This document shows positions 1-15,324 of a stretch of 64,000 bases of DNA, one piece after another. The notes beneath the pieces were generated by a model. The model did no database searches. It was not told where the DNA came from and was given only the letters and a program-made list of their open reading frames with translations. The stretch is from Sarea resinae (Eukaryota): assembly GCA_026026165.1 (NCBI GenBank), contig JAPEUD010000023.1, forward strand, positions 186,001 to 250,000, written 5' to 3'. The position numbers and the translations under genes were made by a program. Each line of letters starts with the position of its first letter. The stretch's first letter is position 1.

Positions 1-226
1 GAGACCCTGCCAAGAGTCTCTCGCGTCGTGCGCTATGCTCGCTTGCGCCTATGACATGGACACAACCATGGTGAACTGGGCCCAACTTCATGTACCCCCA
101 ATACGTTGATGTCTGAAATTACAGCGTCATAATATAGATATATTCTATTGACTGGGCTACCAGTGAGGAGGTGCTATGCCAGCGACGACGAAGCGCTCAA
201 CTAAACTATGCTCGACACCATCTAAT

Positions 227-1528
227 TCAATCCTTTTTCTCGACAGCCCTAGACGACCAGCGCTTATCGAGCTGTTTTCCATGACGCCACTCGAAAACAA
301 TGCTGAACAGAGTGGCGAAGATCATTATCCGGAGTATGCCTATGAGGCCCTTCAGAGTCAGCCGCTGTTTATCCGAGGACTCGTCGTAATGATCACAGAT
401 CTCTAAGAATCGCTTTGGGTTATCAGTAATGACGCCGTCGAGCTTCTGTCTGATGCACCACTTCATCGCGTAATCACTGTTGACAGTCCATGAGAGTATG
501 GGTCGCTGCATTGCCTGAACCTTCCTGGTGAATTTTCGGCCCGAGGGGGTCATGAGCGCATGCTGGAGGATGCTAAAGGACACATTTGGGATCGGGAGCA
601 ATCGGTTGGCGTATTTGATGGAAACCCCAATATATGCAATCGGAAAGCCGGGCAAATATTCATTGCACAGCGCTACATACTGAGCCTATCAAGATATTAG
701 CTTCAGAGCGAGATTGGGGAGTCAAACACAGTCTTGACTTACAGCCCAGCAACCAAGCACAATACGATCTTTCCAAGTCTTATCGCTCGGAGTGCACTCT
801 TCGATCGTCTGCGCAATGAGTCTCACCATATCTCTCGGGTCATCATGCAGCTGAAAGCGCCGTCAGCGATATTCACCGCCGCTAGAGCAGGACGGACTAA
901 CTTTGATGTCCAAAATAAGCCAGATATCCTCCAGACCGGGCTTTTGAAGGTAGTTCAGAACATCTTTCAGCCGGGGCATAGGCTCATGGGGCTCCGCAAC
1001 GGTCCGCACAGTACTGAGGAATTCCCAATCACAGTCGCTGATCTTCTCGTCGCGGCCAAAACATCGTTTGAGGTCGATATCCTGATAAGTTGCATTAGCC
1101 AAAGCACTCGGGGAAAAGTAGATTCGGGTCCAGCAAGAGCAATTGTACATGTGATAGCACGACCACTCCATCCCTCGATATATGCAGATCCATCTCGATG
1201 GCATGGGCACCCTCCTCCACGGCTCCCGCAAATGCAAGGAGGGTGTTCTCCGGGAACTTCGCTTTGTAGCCTCGGTGGGCAATAGCTTGAGGGGTTTGCC
1301 TACCATCTTCACCTCGCTTCGCACAGGCAAAGGGAGCTGCAGACACTGATCAGTAACAAGCTCTAAATGACGGGATGATATATCCTCACCGGGCGGAAAG
1401 GTTGGATGTTTTGGCATCTCCGGCGTCTCAGCCAATCTATCCATTAGAATCTTCACGGCCTTCCGCACGGCTGTCACGCCCTCCATGAAGGGCTTTTTCC
1501 CCTCTGGTGGTACACCTGGCGTCGACAT
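227..1528 (-). CDS. PGC1: Glycerophosphodiester phosphodiesterase / phosphatidylglycerol phospholipase C-like, multi-exon
   Basis: Spliced ORF pieces give AIAHRGYKAKFPENTLLAF, AIEMDLHISRDGVVVLSH, LILDIK and WTVN...DGVITDNP (GDPD motifs), plus a C-terminal hydrophobic anchor. An intron from the GTGAGG donor (~1389) to TGCAG (~1338) joins PTFPP to APFACAKR in frame. Confidence 0.85.
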
Positions 1529-2809
1529 GATGTCCTGGATTCCGTGCCCTTGGTTCTGACAGAAAACTCTAGATCGCAGAAAGGTGCACTGTGCGAGCCT
1601 CGTGTCTTGTGGAATTCGATGAACAATCTCAGACGTCAGTCGGGCGGAAAGATGGAACCGGTAGGCAATACGTTGTGCCTGGCTAGCAAGGAGAAGGCAT
1701 CGCTCTATTCTATGGATGAAAGATCAAGTAGAAACGGCCTCCCGCACCAGGGTCTCCAGGAGATCCTCGATCCATGAAAAGGCAGAACATGATAAGAATG
1801 AGGTGATGGCAGAGCGGAACCCTGAGGGGATCCGAGCGACTCTCAGGTCTACGCCGAATGAGTAATGTTGTCGATGAAGATCAATGACCCGTGTCTCCAC
1901 TCGCCATTAGTGATTACTATCTACGTACATCAATCTCACGGAGTAGACGAAAGCAGCATAGAAGAGGGACGAACACAACACAAAGTGCCCGGCCGCGGGC
2001 TGTACAACAAGCCGTCTGACGGGCTGCATCCGAACCTTCACCGCCCGCCACCACGCGACGGGAGGTGCTGATCCGAAGCCACAGCATTGAGTACCTAGTA
2101 TGTACTTCATCCTCCATAGTAGTCTGCACACCTCACTGATCTCCACCGAGGATTCGTAGTGGAGAGTTGGTAGGTACGAAGTACCTCATCCATCCCATCC
2201 TCCTAGTCAGAGTAGCGAGCCGAGAGGAACGAAGTGGCCGGACTGCAGACTGCCTTCACCGCATGATGTCACGACCTCTTCCGCGAATCACTACTATGTA
2301 TGGCGCTGACCTCTCCAGGGCACAACCTCTTCACCTGGTTTGAAGGAACATATCAACAGGCTGGCCAGATCCAGCGCTCTCGAACCCTTTGATGCGTCAA
2401 GGCTTGCAACAGCTTCAGCATTTTCATCTCCTTGATATTCTATTTGACTCCTAACGAAGGACCTAATCAACAGATCACTGATGTTCCCTCTGGCGCCATT
2501 CTCACATTCTTCCACCATCGTCAGGACCGAGAAAGTTTCAAGGACTTCCAGTCCCGTATTCATACCGTTTCTCCGTAGAAGTGGAAATCGCCTGGGATGT
2601 GGGTCGAGAGCAATGAAACCGACACCGTCACTGCCACGGTCTCGACGGCATTCGATTCATAGAGGGAAACATCTCACACCCTCATCCCGACATACTTTTC
2701 CCGGAGACATTCCGTGCAGCCGAAGCAGGCGCGCCAGCCCGACATAGATGCCCGCCATAGCGCAGCATCTTCAGCCGCTGCGAAGGGCTCTTCCTCAAGA
2801 GTTGCGTTT

Positions 2810-2829
2810 CACACACACACACACACACA
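2810..2829. repeat. (CA)n microsatellite
   Basis: Direct reading. Confidence 0.9.
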
Positions 2830-3441
2830 GTTGACTTGCAAGTTTTAGGGCTCTTATACACCGATGAAACAATGCGCGCATAATCTCTCTTGGGCGGATT
2901 GAGCTGGCGGCGGCAAAAGGAGTTAGATAGGACGCCTTCATTGATGGCTACCTAGGTAGTCAATCATCTGAGACAGCTTGATTCCAAAACCCCAAGACGC
3001 ACATGACACAACCAATTCGTGTACCATAGATGTCCGGCAAAAGGGTGGGTGAGATCGCCGTGCTCGTGGCAGCCGCGGCCATCGTAGCGAAAGCGCATAC
3101 CCGGTCTGAAAGTCTCATAAATGTGGCACCGCTTTCTTTTTTTTTCGAGGCCACCTACGTAGACATGTGCTCCACCTTCGCGATATACTTTGCATATCTT
3201 AAAAAGCTCAATGAAGCAAGTTCATCAACAGGAAATCATCCGCATGTGCCAAAAACGACTGCACTTTTTTAGTTAAGAAATGGTCTTGCGCACGATATTA
3301 CAGCTACGCTCGACTCAAATATCATATCATATCCACATGAACAATCATTCATTTCCAATTTTGACTTCGCATCGCCAGCCACACACGACACACGAAAATC
3401 AATAACCCCACCAACCTTACTTATTCATCCCATCTCAGAAC

Positions 3442-4902
<1,461 letters not shown>

Positions 4903-6278
4903 GATGGATGAGATGGGATGAGACGAGATAGATGGATATTTGGGGTTTGATTGTATTATGTACGGATATAGGAAATCCAAAATCGTAAGAATCGTCAAGA
5001 TGGAATGAATATGAGAGAATGGGCAACGAAATGACGGACGAGGAGCAGATGTCTAGTTTTAATATGGAACAGTTTACGGGTGGTCCAAGCTACGGGAGGG
5101 TGGGGAAGAAATACAATCGGGGAGTAGGTGAGGGGCTAGAGATGCGATACAGCACCGAGTACTCTGAGTAAGGTAGCTAGGTAGTCTGCTCGCGCTGCTC
5201 GTTCGACTCCCAGGCCCGCCTCCCCCCGCTTCAGGCAAGAGAGAGACCGGAATTACTCAGTCTCATTGTACGTTAATTTGCCAGAATCAGTTGCTTACAC
5301 GGTATCGACCGGCAATCCGCGATCTAGAAGGTGCTGGCGGGCGGGATGTGTAGTCCCATCGCAGGCATTGGAAACCGTCAGGCGCAGAGATCTGCTCTTG
5401 CCGTATTCCGAGATGATGCGGATCCGACGGTTCACGCTCTCGTCGCCTTCGAGCCATCTGTGACGTTGTCGGGTTTTGTTTGCCATTCTGGGTTCTCTGA
5501 CTCCCCATATTTGCCGAGATTCCCGAGCCCTACTGCATTCTACCGGTGATCCATCTCGACAACAAGATTCCAATCATCGATGATGCATCCATGGATCTTC
5601 ACTCTTGCCGTTTGACTGCCTGGATCTGACCGCCAACTACTACTGCAACTGCCTCATACCCTACTCAGATTTGATATGCATTTAACTTCGGCATCGCGCC
5701 AGTCCCTCATTGCGTGACTCATGGCGACTCGTGCAGCACGGATCTCCCCATGGTAGGGCTGCAAGCTTGTTGTCGCCTACCTACCTCCTTACCTACCCGA
5801 TGCTAAATCTCGTCACCACATTCTGAAAACCGTACTTTACCTCTTGTGCTCATCTGACTGGGTAGATTGAGTGTCCTGGCCCTGCATTTAATCAATTCTT
5901 TCCTCCTCGAGATTCTAGTCTTGTCGCCCGTAGACGTCTACTGGCCCATTGATGCGTACCAACGCCCGTACGTCCTCGAACAGAATCTAGGTGAAGTCTA
6001 GCGACGCCTTAGTCCTTCCAGTCCTTCCAGTCAACGGGATCATCCATCGGGTTCACGATGACCCTTCTTTCACAAGCAGAACACCTTATTAGAGATCTCG
6101 AGGCCTGCTCGATCCGAAGACTGTAGACCGAGAAATATGACCTGTGGTGGTGGATCTCTCGACACGTAGCGCCGGGGTGCTTAGAGAGGCATCTTGATTG
6201 AGAGAAACTGTACAGAAAAACCCGCATATCGTACAGACATTCCAACCTCGCCCAAACCAGATCAAACAAGCTGAAAAA

Positions 6279-6708
6279 TCATCTCCCTGGCATCTGGCCC
6301 GACTGCATCATGGCTGCGTTCTGCTCCTGGAATCGTTGGCCTAATCGCTCCGACCCCTTGAGATACTTGTCGACACATCTCATCACGCATCCCTCTTCCT
6401 TCGAAGGCAATGACTTGGTTGTGAAGTCGTTGACGCAGTCATCGAAACACTTCTGGACGAGTCGGGAATACATCTGCATGGCAACGGGGGATGAAATTAG
6501 CATGTCAATCTCGCGATGCACGTCATGTCTATATTGGGAATCCAGAGCCCAAAGGGTCTGGCACTCACATTCATGAATTCCTTCATCTGCTTTCTCTGCA
6601 TCCGGCTCTCCAGCTCACGCTGCTCTGATGCATTGAGACTGCAAAGACAAAACTAGTCAGGAACCAATCCGAGCTAGAAAGATGCATTTCGAATGCTCAC
6701 CCTTCCAT
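6279..6708 (-). CDS. TIM9: Mitochondrial intermembrane-space small Tim chaperone Tim9 (3 exons)
   Basis: Splicing gives [43 protein letters not shown]...[12 protein letters not shown] with the twin CX3C motif; canonical GTGAG donors and CAG acceptors. Confidence 0.95.
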
Positions 6709-7475
6709 ATCGAATGAACCTGAGATATAAGTTCTAGAGAGAGCCGAGGTAGACGGTTCCTGCCGTAGGCTAGCAAGGACGTAGGTGAGTGGTAGGAGGT
6801 TGATGTGCAGTTGAGAAAGGGAGTGGTCTGGATGCGGTCTTGATGCTCCAGGTGCTACCGACTGAATTATTTGGAGCTTCGCTGAGCTCGCCAAGAACTT
6901 TGGTCGGTCTTGCTCTCGCTTTCTCAATTGGACCTCGAGGTAGCACCTGGGGAGCAGCGATGGTCGCAATTCTTACTCGTTCGCTTGCCGTCGTGACCCA
7001 TACTCCGTACTCGTACTTTCAGTGGACCGGCGCGTACCTGACCCTACTGTGTTGCAGCAGGAGGTACCAGCCGATTGAAAAGGCACCTGAAGAGCTAGAG
7101 GCATCAGCATCCGCATCAACGTCACGGGGGCATCCTGGTACTTCGTACCTCTACCTCGTCCATGCTAATAAAAGGTTGGAGAACGAGCATGCACTGTGTA
7201 CCGTACCCAGGCGCCATCAGCAACCAAGGAGAAAATAGAACAAATTGATCCATACATACATGAAGTACTAGGCTACTCTGGGCAGCCTCATGTACCGCTA
7301 GAGCCCTTGAGCTGGCATGAAGAATAACTGCAAAGACCTCGAATGCAAGTACTCCACCTCCCCCGAGTCGCGTTCGAGTACTGCGAGGAAAGTACTTCGT
7401 AGATATAACGGCCTCGGGCTCTTCAGCGGTAGCTACTCCGTACTATGAGCACACGCTCTGGTGGTCAATGGATCG

Positions 7476-7513
7476 CTACCTACCTACCTACCTACCTACC
7501 TACCTACCTTACC
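7476..7513. repeat. (CTAC)n microsatellite
   Basis: Direct reading. Confidence 0.9.
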
Positions 7514-8009
7514 TTACTGTATAGGCCCTACTAACCCAAGACGAATGGAAGACTGAGGTTGAAGAGTTAACGGCCTGGAGGGTAATAATACTACTACTCC
7601 TACTAATTGATGAGCAGACAAAGTATGGTAGTAGGGACGAATAGATGAAAGATCCCACCGGTCCTTTTCATCATGATGATCCATCCAGCCAGCATCTGGT
7701 CCCTCTTCTTCTTCTTTTCCTTCTTGTTCATCCCGATCGAGATACCAGCTGCCCTCCAGCTGGAGTATAAAGAGTGAGCGTATGACGTCTAATGTGAGCA
7801 TCGCAGTACGCAGTAAAACCCTTCATTGCAGACAATACTCTCATCCCATCCCCCATTTCTACCCCCATCCCCATCCCCTCTCCCCTCTGCCCCGGACCCT
7901 TGGCCCTGCCAACAGCCTCCCTACGAGCCTTAGCTGCTGTCCGCTGCACTGCCCATCCTCGTACCTACCAAAGACCCTACGCCTATTTTACCACTTGCCA
8001 CTACCTGAC

Positions 8010-8028
8010 CTACTACCACCACCACCAC

Positions 8029-8080
<52 letters not shown>
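8010..8080. repeat. (CCA)n/(CTA)n microsatellite upstream of the RhoGAP
   Basis: Direct reading. Confidence 0.9.
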
Positions 8081-8935
8081 ATGCAAGCGAAAGCGTGACA
8101 CCCTAAAAAGAAACCGGAGTTCGAAAAGCTCCCCTCATACTCATTTCTTCCATACTTACCTGACAATACGATACCCAAGTCGCCCGAAGTGACGACCGCA
8201 CGGGAAGTCCAAAGAAAGCACGCCAAGTCGAAGAAGTCGTCGCCGTCGTTGTCGTCGTCGATAGCGTGCGCATCTCTTCCGCAGTCACCAAACATCGTTG
8301 CTTACCTTCATCGCATCGGACGACGTTTGAACGCTGCGCAGCAGTACTTTCGTCAGCTACCGTACTGACGAATCGTCGCGGCAACCGACCGAAGCCTTGA
8401 GGCTTGGACGACTATCTCACGCCCGTCTGGCCAACGCCAGCCAGCGCTCATTCTCACAACATACAACTCGCCTGCTCTTCTGATCGGGACCTTTCGGTAG
8501 CTGCAGTGCGCATGCAAAGCCGTTATATCGGTCGGATGTGCATCTAGCTCCAGCGACTGGCGTCTGTTTCAAGTGGCGGTTGTACCCGATTTTCGACTTG
8601 TCAGCTTGCGACGCGTTCTGCAACCGCCAAGTTTCAGCAGGCAGCTATCGCATAGTCGCCTTGCTCCTTTCACCAAACGCCAGCTAATAGCTGGCGCTTC
8701 TGGCCGAGGCGACATAGCTCGTCGGGCGACGTCGAGCAGTGCCTCCTAAGTCGATTTCTCGTCGGTGGATACTGGGCTGTTGGGTTTTCGCAAAGGGCCC
8801 AAAAGAGTATCTTTTCGGTCGGAGGTGCATCCGGACAAAAACATCAACTTGGAACGACTACATATTGGCTTTCATCAATTGACGGTCTAGAGTCCCGTAG
8901 AGGAGACCCTCGTGTCCCTCGGTGTTCGTCTCAAT

Positions 8936-11900
8936 ATGGTGACCGGGAATCCTACGGCGACTCCTGCGCAAAAAACATTCCAGCAGCAGCGACAGAATAC
9001 AACACATGCGCCACCACAGGCAGCTTCGCCACCGACGAAGCAAAGTCTAACTACATGGTGGAGGACGTTTAAGAAGAATGCAAGGAGAGAAGAGGAGAAG
9101 GGTGAGTGGAGACGCTCTCTGCCAAGTTCGAATGCCAGACCATCAGCATCCATCTACCCAGCTCCCTTAGAGCCGTGATATAAGCTATCGGACCTGTGAT
9201 TTCACTTTCCAGCTTCGCTCAATTTGCACATTGTATCCTGTTTTGGTTGTCAACATCCTGATGTTGGTCACTTGAACAATTACCATTTGCACTCGGTTTC
9301 GCATGGCCATTTCCATTCATCTATCAGTTGCCTTGTAACGATTCGGACCAAAAGCGTTACTAACTCTGGTCTTCACTACATTCGTCACCTGTTCCTCTCT
9401 TTTCATTGATATCTTCTTCCGTTGCGCTACCCACAGCCCTTTTTCATACCAGGCGCGCGAGTCCTAAGTCTCTTTGAACTAATGAAACCCCGTTTTAGTG
9501 GAGAATCCACCCGGAATCTTCGGTGTGCCGCTTCAGGTGAGCGTGAGATATGCAAATGTCGCAATCTCCCTCACGGACAATGATGGCAAGAGCTTCATCT
9601 ACGGATATGTTCCCATAATTGTCGCAAAGTGTGGCGTGTATTTGAAAGAGCATGGTGAGCTGCAATCAACCCTACATTGCTGAAGTCTGTGTACTCAACT
9701 GACATCTTTGTTTCTAGCTACGGATGTTGAGGGCATTTTCCGACTCAATGGGTCTGCGAAACGTATAAAGGACCTGCAGGCAGTATTTGACTCTCCCGAT
9801 CGATATGGAAAGGGTCTTGACTGGGATGGTTATACCGTGCACGACGCTGCTAATATCCTTCGCCGATACCTCAACCAGCTTCCTGAACCGATCATACCTC
9901 TTGACTTCTACGACAGATTCCGTGATCCTCTACGTCGCCATCAAGCTCAAGCTGTTGGTGATGTCGAAGGTCAAGGCCCTGAGCTATACGATTTCGACCT
10001 GGACACTGCAGTCAAGAGCTATCAGCAGCTGATCACGGAACTTCCACCACTGAATCGGCAGCTGCTACTTTACATCTTGGATCTGCTTGCTGTGTTTGCA
10101 TCCAAATCCGACGTCAATCGTATGACCGCTGCAAACCTGGCTGCAATCTTCCAGCCTGGCCTGATCTCGCATCCAGACCATGATATGGCACCCGCGGAAT
10201 ACCGTCTCAGTCAAGACGTGGTAATCTTTCTCATCGAAAATCAGGATCATTTCTTGATCGGTATGAAAGGGACTGCTGCAGACGAACAAACGGTGCAAGA
10301 AGTCTCGAATGCTACTCCACCCCGTCAGCAGACGCCGACGCCAACTGCAACGGCGCCGGCAACCCCACTACAGTCCCTTCCGATCGGACGATCTGCATCT
10401 AATGCCAGTGCGGGAGCTGACAGCATACGAAGATTTGGTGGATTGCGTAGACACGTATCTGTTACATCCAAGCACTCGATACGATCAGCCCACTCTCCCG
10501 GCCCAGGAACTCCATCATTTCCGGGCGCGTATCCTAGCAACGGAACAAGCAGTGGCGTCCACAGAAGCAATACCGTGCCTTCGAATAAGTCCCCTGCTTT
10601 ATCATCTACACGTTTCAATAAGCCATCCGATCCTCCAACACCAAGCTCTTCACTTTCGCCATCTCTTGCAGTTGCGTCTTCACCTGGTGAGGCCCAACCA
10701 AGTCCAAGCACACCCAGTCCGCAGAATTATAATAGGGAGCGACTTCTCTCGCCATCTCAACTGGAACCGCCTGCTGCAACTCAGAATCTTACTCTGAGAC
10801 CTAATGAGAGGCCCGCAGGCTCTGATCAGCAGATTCAAGAGCATGGCTCGCAACCTGCGGCTGGCGGCCCCATAGCTACTTCTACTACGCCAACCAAGGA
10901 GCGCAGCTTCCCAAACATCTTCTCGAAATCTCCAAGCAGCGATTCCGAGAGGACAAGGCAACCAAATAAATTGAGAAAGAAACGCATCCCAGGGAGTGCA
11001 AATCAGAGCGCTCAAAGCTCGACCAATTCGCTTCACGCTGCCTCAACGGATGCACCAGCATCACCGAATACTCGCCCTTTACCCTCTGCTCACCCAGTCG
11101 GTTCATATTCGCAACTTGAGACAATTGCTTCATCTCCGCCGAATCATTCGATGGCCGCACGTCCAGAACCCGAGTCTGCCCGTAATCCCTCACAAACCCA
11201 TGATGCCGCCCTAGAAAATCATCCACCTGCCCACGACTCACCTAATAATCATGTTTCTACCAACATGCTGAAGCCCACGATGTCACCGACAACATCCCTG
11301 CAATCACACTCTTCCGTTACTGATCAATCCGATTTCGACCAGTTGGATGATCCAACGGCTAAAACAGAGAAGAAAGAAAAGAGGCACCGATGGAGACTCT
11401 CATTGTCGCAAAAGAGCGATCAAAAGCACGTCGGATCTGCATCGAATGTTTCCGGGGTTGGCTCGAATGCTGGGGCGGGCCATAGCTCTAGCTCCATCGG
11501 AAGCTCCGGTCGCCAACGAAAGAGTTTCACCAGCGAGCCCCTACCGCAAAGCTCTGAGCCTTCTCTCGCGCTTGCTTCCGTTGCTCAACAGTCTAGTAAC
11601 GAATCCGGGTCTGCTGCAGCTGGCCAGAGAGATACCGAGAAGAAGGGTCCGATTGAGTGGTTTCGAGGCAAGCTTCTGGATAAGAAAGACCGTGAAGCTG
11701 GCAAGGACAGAGGCAAAAGCCCCCCTCGCAATCCGACTGATCCGGCTGGATCCCGGCAAAGCCTGGCTGCGGTTGCAGAGAACGTGCCTGCACCCGAGAG
11801 ATCAGCCGAAGCTATTGATAGTGTGCTGGAGCAGCCTTCCGTCGAAGCGCCAGCAGCTGCTGGCTCTCAGCTCAGCAAGCCAAGGGTACCATCGTCATAG
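8936..11900 (+). CDS. SAC7: Rho GTPase-activating protein, Sac7/Bag7-like (exons 8936-9101, 9499-9654, 9718-11900)
   Basis: GIFGVPL...YGYVPIIVAKCGVYLKE-ATDVEGIFRLNGS...HDAANILRRYLNQLPEP...NRMTAANLAAIFQPG; GT..AG introns keep the frame; long Ser/Pro-rich C-terminus. Confidence 0.9.
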
Positions 11901-14900
11901 GACGTATGCCCCCAAATTGTCTTTTTTCCAGAGCACTGTGGATTTCGTGATAATGTTCGATACCCATCGATGAGGACCACCTTCTACACCGAATACACCT
12001 TGTTCCTTTCTTCCTCATGCAACCATTCCCATCCGTCCTCCGCATCCTTTATGTCTTGATGTTTTTGTTATGCCCAAAACTTTTCTGCTTCGGACGGCTA
12101 GGGGTTCTTTTGGGCTGTGATTTCTTCTCTGGGTCTGGTCAAGGGATCTGGGACGGAAAATGCTCACGGGGATCATAGCAGGGGTTTATCTGTTTCTTCT
12201 TTTTCTTTTTTTTTTCTTTTTTGAAGACGAGGTTGGGCAAGGAAGATCTTCTCTCTCGCATGCACAAATGTCATTTTTTTTCTTTCTTTTATTATTACCC
12301 CACGGCCACTTTTCACATCCGGAAGGAAAAGGTCCCTGTTTTGTTCTCTCTTCCTTTTGTCCAACCGAAAGTTGTTGTTTTTTGTCGCTCCACGCGAGCC
12401 AGTCAGTCAGTCAGTCAGCCTGCCCAGTGCCGCCGCCGCCGTCGCCCCTGGCGTGCCTTCAAAATGTCGAACATGCCGTTTCGATTCACAAGTCTGTAGG
12501 AAGAGGAGATTGCCTGTAGGGAGGAGCATCTCCTCCTCCTACTCATTCTCCCCCTCCTCCCCCTATTCTTCTACTGTGTACAATTTAATCCCGACCCGAA
12601 AGTTCGACCAAACCCTTTTGCCGTGCGGTCGAGATCGATGGACATGTGATCGTGTACTTCGTATGGGCAACTTGATTACGTGGACCTGGGCCAACACCTG
12701 GCCACTCGGGGCGCCGTCTATTCCTGTATCCTCCCTGGTCCGCATCCTACCGTACCGTACCGTACCGTATAAACGTACCGTATCTATTCGTACCTTTATG
12801 AAAGTATGTAGAGTCTGTAGGATACATACGTCCACTATGATGACCTGTTCGGAGCGTTGGTCGTAGCATGCCATGCCATTCCCCCCCCATTCATCTGTGG
12901 TGCTGGGCTATCAGTACGGAGTACTCTCCTTCATACGTGTCGACTGAGCCTGAGACTGAGACATCAGGTACCCCTACCCCTACCCCAACCCCAACCCGAC
13001 CCAAAACCAGGTACCTAGGTAGTTAGGTAGGCGGAGTACTACGTAAGGTAGGTAAGGTAGGTAGGGTAGTAGAGAAGAAGAAGAACAATAATAATCCCGA
13101 CAATTTTCCTGTAATTCCAGAAATAATACTCTATTCCGTACTCAATAATCCCACAGCCTGGGGTCGACCACCACAAGGGGAGGTACCTAAGGTGAAGTAC
13201 GGCGTACTTCGTCCATCACTCTATGTATTCGTAGAGGCAGGTTTCCGGTACAGAGTAAGAAGTGCGCTTCTGCCCCCGCCCAGCCCCCGGGGCCTGTCCC
13301 GCCCCCAAATTTCATCTGGGCCGACTCAATCTCCACCAACACTGGTACTGTACGTTTGTTTCCAAAAATAGAAGAGGAAGGGAAACCACCACCACCGCTA
13401 CCACCACCACTACCACGAGGAGTGGCTGCCCGCGGCCGAGAAAAGGCTTTGGATTTTCAGCATGGCATAGCATAGGTACGCGAGGTAGGTCGGTATGAGT
13501 ACGAATGGGCTAGGTAGCTAGGGTGCTGGGTACCTACCTACGTGCGCAGGTAGAGTCGTCAGGCGATTAGGTAGACAGTCAGTCAGTCGCTTTATCAGCT
13601 GGAAGGCATTGAAAGCGCAATCCTTCGTTCGTCTACTAGGTATGGATGGTTGGATGGATGGATGGATGGATGGATGCCTTGTGGTAATGAAGAGAGCCAA
13701 GCCATGCTCATTTCGCCAATCGACTCAGCGAGGAAGCTGAGCTGGGACTGGAGAGATAGCTTAGGGTGTAGAGTAGAGCCAATTCGCTTCCGAGTATGAG
13801 TATTTCCTTGGCGGTAGTAGCCTTGGTGGTGATAGTGAGTCGGTGGATGATCGACTTCGTACATGAGTTGGCGTGGTCGGTGGTGCATCGAAATACGATA
13901 GCGTTGTCAATCAAGGGCAGGCTAATTCGGATTGACAGATAGTTCAGTGAAACTGAGGCATCGACGGCAAACATGAGATTAACACCTCTGAGCATACGAT
14001 CGATGTTTATGTCCATCTGATCTGATATTCGCAATTGGCGTCCCAATGACACATGCACGGGAAAGATGGGATGAACTGCGAGAGGATTGCCTCCCTGGGG
14101 TACCTGACTGCTGTGCTGTGCTGTGCTATGGGTGGTTGCGTTGGGAAACAAAATGCCGTCCCTTCGTATCCGGAGCACTTGGTTCTCGACGGGGATACCT
14201 GGCAGCAAGTACTGCGTGGCCCAGACAGGCGCCCGATTGCGAGGCCGGCTGACGACGACGACATGGGCCCAAGTCCTTCCTTGGGCAGTTACGTCAGGAA
14301 CGTCAAAAACGTCAAGCGTCGTCCCAAACGAGAGACACGGCAGCGACGATGGTCGAGAATGGCCATCGGGCTTAGCCACAACCGGCTGCGCTTGGACGAT
14401 ATCGAAATCCTTTTCCCTCTCCGATCGATGGCCGGGCCAGGGTCGTCGTAAGGGACGCAGTCAGACGGACGAGGGAGAGGGAAGAAGGTCATTGGCAATA
14501 ATGAGAAGAGAGATGGAAATAGAATGATGAGATGTGTTCGGGCAGGTTAGCTCAGGTCGTGAGGAAATACGAGTACTCCGTAGTCTTGCCGTCTGTACGA
14601 GAATGCATGATCGTGACGATGATGATTGCCCGGTCTTCTTGTTCTTGCTTCCTTCCCGCTTTCCTTCTTTTCTTCCCTCTTCTTCCCCTCGTCTCGCAGC
14701 AGCAATCACCATCAACCGTCCATTGTCCCCACTCAATTGTGCGTGCATCGTGCATCGTGCAGCCTGCAGCTTCCAGATTGCTTGATACCGTACCAATCTC
14801 CATTGATACCATCACCATCACCATCACCATCACCATCATCACCATCACCATTATCATCACACCTCCACTTCCCTCGTATCTCCGAATACGACGATCGCTC

Positions 14901-15324
14901 CTCGCTTGAGGTGGACCCCAACGACTACTTGCTATTCAGTGGTGCAGGACTTTACCAATTTCCTGTTCTCACCACCTTCTCACCTGCAGCGGCCCCAAGC
15001 GAGACTGTTGATTCGTTTAGCCCCTCCGCTTGTGATAAACCCTCTCCAACACCGTCTCTTTCTGCCTGAAGGTACGAAGACGCTGCTGCAGCCCGTCATT
15101 CTGTCAGCCAGCCACCAGTTTGACAATTGGCCCTTTTTCAGGTGAGTCTTGCCGTCGTCGTCCTGACCCACCTGCAAATTCTCTGTCTAATCTCCCGCAC
15201 GACAACAGCAAAGGAGGAAGTGGTTGTGGAATTGATCTTGCTATCGTCCCTTCTGTCGAATCCGTCAACTGGGCAGCTTAGCTACGAGCATCTACTGCCT
15301 TCGAGAAGCAGCATCGCCGCCACC

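Noticed and set aside
1544..3272. Short ORFs between the GDPD and dehydrogenase genes
   Set aside because: Under 90 aa with no motifs; no tRNA or rRNA structure recognised.
11950..15100. Many short ORFs in the long intergenic region
   Set aside because: Low-complexity, microsatellite-rich sequence with no recognisable domain or consistent exon chain.
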